Assembly (NCBI GenBank): GCA_964057225.1
Contig: OZ059898.1
Coordinates: forward strand, 3,596,001 to 3,660,000
Origin: Auanema rhodensis
Taxonomy: Eukaryota > Animalia > Nematoda
DNA: 64,000 nucleotides
Direction of reading: 5' to 3'
Shown here: positions 41,601 through 54,525 of the stretch, one piece after another
Position numbering within the stretch: the first letter of the stretch is position 1
Layout: every line of letters starts with the position of its first letter
Made by a program: the position numbers and the translations under genes
The notes under the pieces: model-generated
The model's database searches: none
What the model was told of the DNA's origin: nothing
What the model saw: only the letters and a program-made list of their open reading frames with translations

Positions 41601-44600
41601 ATCAGATTTGCGCTAGCTTAAAAATGCACCGAGATATCAACTGATATAAGTTCACACTTATATCCTCGATTTTCACCCTGAAGGAATAATTTTTTCGTTG
41701 AATAACATTGTCCATCGTCTTTGCCTTGAAAAAAGGAATCTAAAAACATCTACTTTTTGCTAAATTATCTTGAAATTTTTCGAAAAAATTTTTGTCAAAA
41801 TGTTTTTGGAAGCATTGTTGAGTGTACATGGAAACTCAACATACACTAATGCATCATTTTTCAAACGATCATAACTAATTTTTGTATTAAGCGTTTCTCA
41901 ATGTAGTATAGTGCATTCGATGCGGATTTTTAAGCTGCGTCGATCTGTGTTATCAGATTTGCGCTAGCTTAAAAATGCACCGAGATATCAACTGATATAA
42001 GTTCACACTTATATCCTCGATTTTCACCCTGAAGGAATAATTTTTTCGTTGAATAACATTGTCCATCGTCTTTGCCTTGAGAAAAGGAATCTAAAAACAT
42101 CCACTTTTTGCTAAATTATTTTGAAATTTTTCGAAAAAATTTTTGTCAAAATGTTTTTGGAAGCATTGTTGAGTGTACATGGAAACTCAACATACACTAA
42201 TGCATCATTTTTCAAACGATCATAACTAATTTTTGTATTAAGCGTTTCTCAATGTAGTATAGTGCATTCGATGCGGATTTTTAAGCTGCGTCGATCTGTG
42301 TTATCAGATTTGCGCTAGCTTAAAAATGCACCGAGATATCAACTAATATAAGTTCACACTTATATCCTCGATTTTCACCCTGAAGGAATAATTTTTTCGT
42401 TGAATAACATTGTCCATCGTCTTTGCCTTGAAAAAAGGAATCTAAAAACATCTACTTTTTGCTAAATTATTTTGAAATTTTTCGAAAAAATTTTTGTCAA
42501 AATGTTTTTGGAAGCATTGTTGAGGGTACATGGAAACTCAACATACACTAATGCATCATTTTTCAAACGATCATAACTAATTTTTGTATTAAGCGTTTCT
42601 CAATGTAGTATAGTGCATTCGATGCGGATTTTTAAGCTGCGTCGATCTGTGTTATCAGATTTGCGCTAGCTTGAAAATGCACCGAGATATCAAATGATAT
42701 AGGTTCACACTTATATCCTCGATTTTCACCCTGAAGGAATAATTTTTTCGTTGAATAACATTGTCCATCGTCTTTGCCTTGAAAAAAGGAATCTAAAAAC
42801 ATCTACTTTTTGCTAAATTATTTTGAAATTTTTCGAAAAAATTTTTGTCAAAATGTTTTTGGAAGCATTGTTGAGTGTACATGGAAACTCAACATACACT
42901 AATGCATCATTTTTCAAACGATCATAACTAATTTTTGTATTAAGCGTTTCTCAATGTAGTATAGTGCATTCGATGCGGATTTTTAAGCTGCGTCGATCTG
43001 TGTTATCAGATTTGCGCTAGCTTAAAAATGCACCGAGATATCAACTGATATAAGTTCACACTTATATCCTCGATTTTCACCCTGAAGGAATAATTTTTTC
43101 GTTGAATAACATTGTCCATCGTCTTTGCCTTGAGAAAAGGAATCTAAAAACATCCACTTTTTGCTAAATTATTTTGAAATTTTTCGAAAAAATTTTTGTC
43201 AAAATGTTTTTGGAAGCATTGTTGAGTGTACATGGAAACTCAACATACACTAATGCATCATTTTTCAAACGATCATAACTAATTTTTGTATTAAGCGTTT
43301 CTCAATGTAGTATAGTGCATTCGATGCGGATTTTTAAGCTGCGTCGATCTGTGTTATCAGATTTGCGCTAGCTTAAAAATGCACCGAGATATCAACTAAT
43401 ATAAGTTCACACTTATATCCTCGATTTTCACCCTGAAGGAATAATTTTTTCGTTGAATAACATTGTCCATCGTCTTTGCCTTGAAAAAAGGAATCTAAAA
43501 ACATCTACTTTTTGCTAAATTATTTTGAAATTTTTCGAAAAAATTTTTGTCAAAATGTTTTTGGAAGCATTGTTGAGGGTACATGGAAACTCAACATACA
43601 CTAATGCATCATTTTTCAAACGATCATAACTAATTTTTGTATTAAGCGTTTCTCAATGTAGTATAGTGCATTCGATGCGGATTTTTAAGCTGCGTCGATC
43701 TGTGTTATCAGATTTGCGCTAGCTTGAAAATGCACCGAGATATCAAATGATATAGGTTCACACTTATATCCTCGATTTTCACCCTGAAGGAATAATTTTT
43801 TCGTTGAATAACATTGTCCATCGTCTTTGCCTTGAAAAAAGGAATCTAAAAACATCTACTTTTTGCTAAATTATTTTGAAATTTTTCGAAAAAATTTTTG
43901 TCAAAATGTTTTTGGAAGCAATGTTGAGTGTACATGGAAACTCAACATACACTAATGCATCATTTTTCAAACGATCATAACTAATTTTTGTATTGAGGTT
44001 TTCTCAGTGTAGTATAGTGCATTCGATCCGGATTTTTAAGCTGCGTCGATCTGTGTTATTAGATTTGCGCTAGCTCGAAAATGCACCGAGATATCAACTG
44101 ATATAGGTTCACACTTATATCCTCGATTTTCACCCTGAAGAATTAATTTTTTCGTTGAATAACAATGTCCATCGTCTTTGTCTTGAAAAAAGAAATGTAA
44201 AAACATCTACTTTTTGCTAAATTATTTTGAAATTTTTCGAAAAAATTTTTGTCAAAATGTTTTTGGAAGCAATGTTGAGTGTACATGGAAACTCAACATA
44301 CACTAATGCATCATTTTTCAAACGATCATAACTAATTTTTGTATTAAGCGTTTCTCAATGTAGTAAAGTGCATTCGATGCGGATTTTTAAGCTGCGTCGA
44401 TCTGTGTTATCAGATTTGCGCTAGCTTAAAAATGCACCGAGATATCAACTGATATAAGTTCACACTTATATCCTCGATTTTCACCCTGAAGGAATAATTT
44501 TTTCGTTGAATAACATTGTCCATCGTCTTTGCCTTGAAAAAAGGAATCTAAAAACATCTACTTTTTGCTAAATTATCTTGAAATTTTTCGAAAAAATTTT

Positions 44601-47600
44601 TGTCAAAATGTTTTTGGAAGCATTGTTGAGTGTACATGGAAACTCAACATACACTAATGCATCATTTTTCAAACGATCATAACTAATTTTTGTATTAAGC
44701 GTTTCTCAATGTAGTATAGTGCATTCGATGCGGATTTTTAAGCTGCGTCGATCTGTGTTATCAGATTTGCGCTAGCTTAAAAATGCACCGAGATATCAAC
44801 TGATATAAGTTCACACTTATATCCTCGATTTTCACCCTGAAGGAATAATTTTTTCGTTGAATAACATTGTCCATCGTCTTTGCCTTGAGAAAAGGAATCT
44901 AAAAACATCCACTTTTTGCTAAATTATTTTGAAATTTTTCGAAAAAATTTTTGTCAAAATGTTTTTGGAAGCATTGTTGAGTGTACATGGAAACTCAACA
45001 TACACTAATGCATCATTTTTCAAACGATCATAACTAATTTTTGTATTAAGCGTTTCTCAATGTAGTATAGTGCATTCGATGCGGATTTTTAAGCTGCGTC
45101 GATCTGTGTTATCAGATTTGCGCTAGCTTAAAAATGCACCGAGATATCAACTAATATAAGTTCACACTTATATCCTCGATTTTCACCCTGAAGGAATAAT
45201 TTTTTCGTTGAATAACATTGTCCATCGTCTTTGCCTTGAAAAAAGGAATCTAAAAACATCTACTTTTTGCTAAATTATTTTGAAATTTTTCGAAAAAATT
45301 TTTGTCAAAATGTTTTTGGAAGCATTGTTGAGGGTACATGGAAACTCAACATACACTAATGCATCATTTTTCAAACGATCATAACTAATTTTTGTATTAA
45401 GCGTTTCTCAATGTAGTATAGTGCATTCGATGCGGATTTTTAAGCTGCGTCGATCTGTGTTATCAGATTTGCGCTAGCTTGAAAATGCACCGAGATATCA
45501 AATGATATAGGTTCACACTTATATCCTCGATTTTCACCCTGAAGGAATAATTTTTTCGTTGAATAACATTGTCCATCGTCTTTGCCTTGAAAAAAGGAAT
45601 CTAAAAACATCTACTTTTTGCTAAATTATTTTGAAATTTTTCGAAAAAATTTTTGTCAAAATGTTTTTGGAAGCAATGTTGAGTGTACATGGAAACTCAA
45701 CATACACTAATGCATCATTTTTCAAACGATCATAACTAATTTTTGTATTAAGCGTTTCTCAATGTAGTATAGTGCATTCGATGCGGATTTTTAAGCTGCG
45801 TCGATCTCTGTTATCAGATTTGCGCTAGCTTAAAAATGCACCGAGATATCAACTGATATAAGTTCACACTTATATCCTCGATTTTCACCCTGAAGGAATA
45901 ATTTTTTCGTTGAATAACATTGTCCATCGTCTTTGCCTTGAAAAAAGGAATCTAAAAACATCTACTTTTTGCTAAATTATCTTGAAATTTTTCGAAAAAA
46001 TTTTTGTCAAAATGTTTTTGGAAGCATTGTTGAGTGTACATGGAAACTCAACATACACTAATGCATCATTTTTCAAACGATCATAACTAATTTTTGTATT
46101 AAGCGTTTCTCAATGTAGTATAGTGCATTCGATGCGGATTTTTAAGCTGCGTCGATCTCTGTTATCAGATTTGCGCTAGCTTAAAAATGCACCGAGATAT
46201 CAACTGATATAAGTTCACACTTATATCCTCGATTTTCACCCTGAAGAATTAATTTTTTCGTTGAATAACAATGTCCATCGTCTTTGTCTTGGAAAAAGGA
46301 ATCTAAAAACATCTACTTTTTGTGAAATTATTCGGAAATTTTTCGGGAAAATTTTTGTCAAAATGTTTTTGGAAGCAATTTTGAGTGTACATGGAAACTC
46401 AACATACAGTAATGCATCATTTTTCAAACGATCATAACTAATTTTTGTATTAAGCGTTTCTCAATGTAGTATAGTGCATTCGATGCGGATTTTTAAGCTG
46501 CGTCGATCTCTGTTATCAGATTTGCGCTAGCTTAAAAATGCACCGAGATATCAACTGATATAAGTTCACACTTATATCCTCGATTTTCACCCTGAAGGAA
46601 TAATTTTTTCGTTGAATAACATTGTCCATCGTCTTTGCCTTGAAAAAAGGAATCTAAAAACATCTACTTTTTGCTAAATTATTTTGAAATTTTTCGAAAA
46701 AATTTTTGTCAAAATGTTTTTGGAAGCAATGTTGAGTGTACATGGAAACTCAACATACACTAATGCATCATTTTTCAAACGATCATAACTAATTTTTGTA
46801 TTAAGCGTTTCTCAATGTAGTATAGTGCATTCGATGCGGATTTTTAAGCTGCGTCGATCTGTGTTATCAGATTTGCGCTAGCTTAAAAATGCACCGAGAT
46901 ATCAACTAATATAAGTTCACACTTATATCCTCGATTTTCACCCTGAAGGAATAATTTTTTCGTTGAATAACATTGTCCATCGTCTTTGCCTTGAAAAAAG
47001 GAATCTAAAAACATCTACTTTTTGCTAAATTATTTTGAAATTTTTCGAAAAAATTTTTGTCAAAATGTTTTTGGAAGCATTGTTGAGGGTACATGGAAAC
47101 TCAACATACACTAATGCATCATTTTTCAAACGATCATAACTAATTTTTGTATTAAGCGTTTCTCAATGTAGTATAGTGCATTCGATGCGGATTTTTAAGC
47201 TGCGTCGATCTGTGTTATCAGATTTGCGCTAGCTTGAAAATGCACCGAGATATCAAATGATATAGGTTCACACTTATATCCTCGATTTTCACCCTGAAGG
47301 AATAATTTTTTCGTTGAATAACATTGTCCATCGTCTTTGCCTTGAAAAAAGGAATCTAAAAACATCTACTTTTTGCTAAATTATTTTGAAATTTTTCGAA
47401 AAAATTTTTGTCAAAATGTTTTTGGAAGCAATGTTGAGTGTACATGGAAACTCAACATACACTAATGCATCATTTTTCAAACGATCATAACTAATTTTTG
47501 TATTAAGCGTTTCTCAATGTAGTAAAGTGCATTCGATGCGGATTTTTAAGCTGCGTCGATCTGTGTTATCAGATTTGCGCTAGCTTAAAAATGCACCGAG

Positions 47601-50600
47601 ATATCAACTGATATAAGTTCACACTTATATCCTCGATTTTCACCCTGAAGGAATAATTTTTTCGTTGAATAACATTGTCCATCGTCTTTGCCTTGAAAAA
47701 AGGAATCTAAAAACATCTACTTTTTGCTAAATTATCTTGAAATTTTTCGAAAAAATTTTTGTCAAAATGTTTTTGGAAGCATTGTTGAGTGTACATGGAA
47801 ACTCAACATACACTAATGCATCATTTTTCAAACGATCATAACTAATTTTTGTATTGAGGTTTTCTCAGTGTAGTATAGTGCATTCGATCCGGATTTTTAA
47901 GCTGCGTCGATCTGTGTTATTAGATTTGCGCTAGCTCGAAAATGCACCGAGATATCAACTGATATAAGTTCACACTTATATCCTCGATTTTCACCCTGAA
48001 GGAATAATTTTTTCGTTGAATAACATTGTCCATCGTCTTTGCCTTGAGAAAAGGAATCTAAAAACATCCACTTTTTGCTAAATTATTTTGAAATTTTTCG
48101 AAAAAATTTTTGTCAAAATGTTTTTGGAAGCATTGTTGAGTGTACATGGAAACTCAACATACACTAATGCATCATTTTTCAAACGATCATAACTAATTTT
48201 TGTATTAAGCGTTTCTCAATGTAGTATAGTGCATTCGATGCGGATTTTTAAGCTGCGTCGATCTGTGTTATCAGATTTGCGCTAGCTTAAAAATGCACCG
48301 AGATATCAACTAATATAAGTTCACACTTATATCCTCGATTTTCACCCTGAAGGAATAATTTTTTCGTTGAATAACATTGTCCATCGTCTTTGCCTTGAAA
48401 AAAGGAATCTAAAAACATCTACTTTTTGCTAAATTATTTTGAAATTTTTCGAAAAAATTTTTGTCAAAATGTTTTTGGAAGCATTGTTGAGGGTACATGG
48501 AAACTCAACATACACTAATGCATCATTTTTCAAACGATCATAACTAATTTTTGTATTAAGCGTTTCTCAATGTAGTATAGTGCATTCGATGCGGATTTTT
48601 AAGCTGCGTCGATCTGTGTTATCAGATTTGCGCTAGCTTGAAAATGCACCGAGATATCAAATGATATAGGTTCACACTTATATCCTCGATTTTCACCCTG
48701 AAGGAATAATTTTTTCGTTGAATAACATTGTCCATCGTCTTTGCCTTGAAAAAAGGAATCTAAAAACATCTACTTTTTGCTAAATTATTTTGAAATTTTT
48801 CGAAAAAATTTTTGTCAAAATGTTTTTGGAAGCAATGTTGAGTGTACATGGAAACTCAACATACACTAATGCATCATTTTTCAAACGATCATAACTAATT
48901 TTTGTATTGAGGTTTTCTCAGTGTAGTATAGTGCATTCGATCCGGATTTTTAAGCTGCGTCGATCTGTGTTATTAGATTTGCGCTAGCTCGAAAATGCAC
49001 CGAGATATCAACTGATATAGGTTCACACTTATATCCTCGATTTTCACCCTGAAGAATTAATTTTTTCGTTGAATAACAATGTCCATCGTCTTTGTCTTGA
49101 AAAAAGAAATGTAAAAACATCTACTTTTTGCTAAATTATTTTGAAATTTTTCGAAAAAATTTTTGTCAAAATGTTTTTGGAAGCAATGTTGAGTGTACAT
49201 GGAAACTCAACATACACTAATGCATCATTTTTCAAACGATCATAACTAATTTTTGTATTAAGCGTTTCTCAATGTAGTAAAGTGCATTCGATGCGGATTT
49301 TTAAGCTGCGTCGATCTGTGTTATCAGATTTGCGCTAGCTTAAAAATGCACCGAGATATCAACTGATATAAGTTCACACTTATATCCTCGATTTTCACCC
49401 TGAAGGAATAATTTTTTCGTTGAATAACATTGTCCATCGTCTTTGCCTTGAAAAAAGGAATCTAAAAACATCTACTTTTTGCTAAATTATCTTGAAATTT
49501 TTCGAAAAAATTTTTGTCAAAATGTTTTTGGAAGCATTGTTGAGTGTACATGGAAACTCAACATACACTAATGCATCATTTTTCAAACGATCATAACTAA
49601 TTTTTGTATTAAGCGTTTCTCAATGTAGTATAGTGCATTCGATGCGGATTTTTAAGCTGCGTCGATCTGTGTTATCAGATTTGCGCTAGCTTAAAAATGC
49701 ACCGAGATATCAACTGATATAAGTTCACACTTATATCCTCGATTTTCACCCTGAAGGAATAATTTTTTCGTTGAATAACATTGTCCATCGTCTTTGCCTT
49801 GAGAAAAGGAATCTAAAAACATCCACTTTTTGCTAAATTATTTTGAAATTTTTCGAAAAAATTTTTGTCAAAATGTTTTTGGAAGCATTGTTGAGTGTAC
49901 ATGGAAACTCAACATACACTAATGCATCATTTTTCAAACGATCATAACTAATTTTTGTATTAAGCGTTTCTCAATGTAGTATAGTGCATTCGATGCGGAT
50001 TTTTAAGCTGCGTCGATCTGTGTTATCAGATTTGCGCTAGCTTAAAAATGCACCGAGATATCAACTAATATAAGTTCACACTTATATCCTCGATTTTCAC
50101 CCTGAAGGAATAATTTTTTCGTTGAATAACATTGTCCATCGTCTTTGCCTTGAAAAAAGGAATCTAAAAACATCTACTTTTTGCTAAATTATTTTGAAAT
50201 TTTTCGAAAAAATTTTTGTCAAAATGTTTTTGGAAGCATTGTTGAGGGTACATGGAAACTCAACATACACTAATGCATCATTTTTCAAACGATCATAACT
50301 AATTTTTGTATTAAGCGTTTCTCAATGTAGTATAGTGCATTCGATGCGGATTTTTAAGCTGCGTCGATCTGTGTTATCAGATTTGCGCTAGCTTGAAAAT
50401 GCACCGAGATATCAAATGATATAGGTTCACACTTATATCCTCGATTTTCACCCTGAAGGAATAATTTTTTCGTTGAATAACATTGTCCATCGTCTTTGCC
50501 TTGAAAAAAGGAATCTAAAAACATCTACTTTTTGCTAAATTATTTTGAAATTTTTCGAAAAAATTTTTGTCAAAATGTTTTTGGAAGCAATGTTGAGTGT

Positions 50601-53600
50601 ACATGGAAACTCAACATACACTAATGCATCATTTTTCAAACGATCATAACTAATTTTTGTATTAAGCGTTTCTCAATGTAGTATAGTGCATTCGATGCGG
50701 ATTTTTAAGCTGCGTCGATCTCTGTTATCAGATTTGCGCTAGCTTAAAAATGCACCGAGATATCAACTGATATAAGTTCACACTTATATCCTCGATTTTC
50801 ACCCTGAAGGAATAATTTTTTCGTTGAATAACATTGTCCATCGTCTTTGCCTTGAAAAAAGGAATCTAAAAACATCTACTTTTTGCTAAATTATCTTGAA
50901 ATTTTTCGAAAAAATTTTTGTCAAAATGTTTTTGGAAGCATTGTTGAGTGTACATGGAAACTCAACATACACTAATGCATCATTTTTCAAACGATCATAA
51001 CTAATTTTTGTATTAAGCGTTTCTCAATGTAGTATAGTGCATTCGATGCGGATTTTTAAGCTGCGTCGATCTCTGTTATCAGATTTGCGCTAGCTTAAAA
51101 ATGCACCGAGATATCAACTGATATAAGTTCACACTTATATCCTCGATTTTCACCCTGAAGAATTAATTTTTTCGTTGAATAACAATGTCCATCGTCTTTG
51201 TCTTGGAAAAAGGAATCTAAAAACATCTACTTTTTGTGAAATTATTCGGAAATTTTTCGGGAAAATTTTTGTCAAAATGTTTTTGGAAGCAATTTTGAGT
51301 GTACATGGAAACTCAACATACAGTAATGCATCATTTTTCAAACGATCATAACTAATTTTTGTATTAAGCGTTTCTCAATGTAGTATAGTGCATTCGATGC
51401 GGATTTTTAAGCTGCGTCGATCTCTGTTATCAGATTTGCGCTAGCTTAAAAATGCACCGAGATATCAACTGATATAAGTTCACACTTATATCCTCGATTT
51501 TCACCCTGAAGGAATAATTTTTTCGTTGAATAACATTGTCCATCGTCTTTGCCTTGAAAAAAGGAATCTAAAAACATCTACTTTTTGCTAAATTATTTTG
51601 AAATTTTTCGAAAAAATTTTTGTCAAAATGTTTTTGGAAGCAATGTTGAGTGTACATGGAAACTCAACATACACTAATGCATCATTTTTCAAACGATCAT
51701 AACTAATTTTTGTATTAAGCGTTTCTCAATGTAGTATAGTGCATTCGATGCGGATTTTTAAGCTGCGTCGATCTGTGTTATCAGATTTGCGCTAGCTTAA
51801 AAATGCACCGAGATATCAACTGATATAAGTTCACACTTATATCCTCGATTTTCACCCTGAAGGAATAATTTTTTCGTTGAATAACATTGTCCATCGTCTT
51901 TGCCTTGAAAAAAGGAATCTAAAAACATCTACTTTTTGCTAAATTATTTTGAAATTTTTCGAAAAAATTTTTGTCAAAATGTTTTTGGAAGCATTGTTGA
52001 GTGTACATGGAAACTCAACATACACTAATGCATCATTTTTCAAACGATCATAACTAATTTTTGTATTAAGCGTTTCTCAATGTAGTATAGTGCATTCGAT
52101 GCGGATTTTTAAGCTGCGTCGATCTCTGTTATCAGATTTGCGCTAGCTTAAAAATGCACCGAGATATCAACTGATATAAGTTCACACTTATATCCTCGAT
52201 TTTCACCCTGAAGGAATAATTTTTTCGTTGAATAACATTGTCCATCGTCTTTGCCTTGAAAAAAGGAATCTAAAAACATCTACTTTTTGCTAAATTATTT
52301 TGAAATTTTTCGAAAAAATTTTTGTCAAAATGTTTTTGGAAGCAATGTTGAGTGTACATGGAAACTCAACATACACTAATGCATCATTTTTCAAACGATC
52401 ATAACTAATTTTTGTATTGAGGTTTTCTCAGTGTAGTATAGTGCATTCGATGCGGATTTTTAAGCTGCGTCGATCTGTGTTATTAGATTTGCGCTAGCTC
52501 GAAAATGCACCGAGATATCAACTGATATAGGTTCACACTTATATCCTCGATTTTCACCCTGAAGAATTAATTTTTTCGTTGAATAACAATGTCCATCGTC
52601 TTTGTCTTGAAAAAAGAAATGTAAAAACATCTACTTTTTGCTAAATTATTTTGAAATTTTTCGAAAAAATTTTTGTCAAAATGTTTTTGGAAGCAATGTT
52701 GAGTGTACATGGAAACTCAACATACACTAATGCATCATTTTTCAAACGATCATAACTAATTTTTGTATCAAGCGTTTCTCAATGTAGTATAGTGCATTCG
52801 ATGCGGATTTTTAAGCTGCGTCGATCTGTGTTATCAGATTTGCGCTAGCTTAAAAATGCACCGAGATATCAACTGATATAAGTTCACACTTATATCCTCG
52901 ATTTTCACCCTGAAGGAATAATTTTTTCGTTGAATAACATTGTCCATCGTCTTTGCCTTGAAAAAAGGAATCTAAAAACATCTACTTTTTGCTAAATTAT
53001 CTTGAAATTTTTCGAAAAAATTTTTGTCAAAATGTTTTTGGAAGCATTGTTGAGTGTACATGGAAACTCAACATACACTAATGCATCATTTTTCAAACGA
53101 TCATAACTAATTTTTGTATTAAGCGTTTCTCAATGTAGTATAGTGCATTCGATGCGGATTTTTAAGCTGCGTCGATCTCTGTTATCAGATTTGCGCTAGC
53201 TTAAAAATGCACCGAGATATCAACTGATATAAGTTCACACTTATATCCTCGATTTTCACCCTGAAGAATTAATTTTTTCGTTGAATAACAATGTCCATCG
53301 TCTTTGTCTTGGAAAAAGGAATCTAAAAACATCTACTTTTTGTGAAATTATTCGGAAATTTTTCGGGAAAATTTTTGTCAAAATGTTTTTGGAAGCAATT
53401 TTGAGTGTACATGGAAACTCAACATACAGTAATGCATCATTTTTCAAACGATCATAACTAATTTTTGTATTAAGCGTTTCTCAATGTAGTATAGTGCATT
53501 CGATGCGGATTTTTAAGCTGCGTCGATCTCTGTTATCAGATTTGCGCTAGCTTAAAAATGCACCGAGATATCAACTGATATAAGTTCACACTTATATCCT

Positions 53601-54525
53601 CGATTTTCACCCTGAAGGAATAATTTTTTCGTTGAATAACATTGTCCATCGTCTTTGCCTTGAAAAAAGGAATCTAAAAACATCTACTTTTTGCTAAATT
53701 ATTTTGAAATTTTTCGAAAAAATTTTTGTCAAAATGTTTTTGGAAGCAATGTTGAGTGTACATGGAAACTCAACATACACTAATGCATCATTTTTCAAAC
53801 GATCATAACTAATTTTTGTATTAAGCGTTTCTCAATGTAGTATAGTGCATTCGATGCGGATTTTTAAGCTGCGTCGATCTGTGTTATCAGATTTGCGCTA
53901 GCTTAAAAATGCACCGAGATATCAACTGATATAAGTTCACACTTATATCCTCGATTTTCACCCTGAAGGAATAATTTTTTCGTTGAATAACATTGTCCAT
54001 CGTCTTTGCCTTGAAAAAAAGAATCTAAAAACATCTACTTTTTGCTAAATTATTTTGAAATTTTTCGAAAAAATTTTTGTCAAAATGTTTTTGGAAGCAT
54101 TGTTGAGTGTACATGGAAAATCAACATACACTAATGCATCATTTTTCAAACGATCATAACTAATTTTTGTATTAAGCGTTTCTCAATGTAGTATAGTGCA
54201 TTCGATGCGGATTTTTAAGCTGCGTCGATCTGTGTTATCAGATTTGCGCTAGCTTAAAAATGCACCGAGATATCAACTAATATAAGTTCACACTTATATC
54301 CTCGATTTTCACCCTGAAGGAATAATTTTTTCGTTGAATAACATTGTCCATCGTCTTTGCCTTGAAAAAAGGAATCTAAAAACATCTACTTTTTGCTAAA
54401 TTATCTTGAAATTTTTCGAAAAAATTTTTGTCAAAATGTTTTTGGAAGCATTGTTGAGTGTACATGGAAACTCAACATACACTAATGCATCATTTTTCAA
54501 ACGATCATAACTAATTTTTGTATTA
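26670..54525. repeat. Subfamily A2 block (~79 monomers) with interspersed A/B hybrid monomers
   Basis: A-type backbone carrying gaaggaataa (not gaagaattaa), first seen at ~26941. Block variants gcattgtt, atccactt, actaatat, gagggtac, tatcttga. Confidence 0.9.
39500..50450. repeat. Imperfect 5-mer higher-order repeat region (1755-bp unit)
   Basis: Marker ttgagaaaagg at 40326, 42081, 43134, 44889, 48048 and 49803 (steps of 5, 3, 5, 9, 5 monomers), with co-recurring gatccgg, gtaaag and gagggtac markers. Confidence 0.8.
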
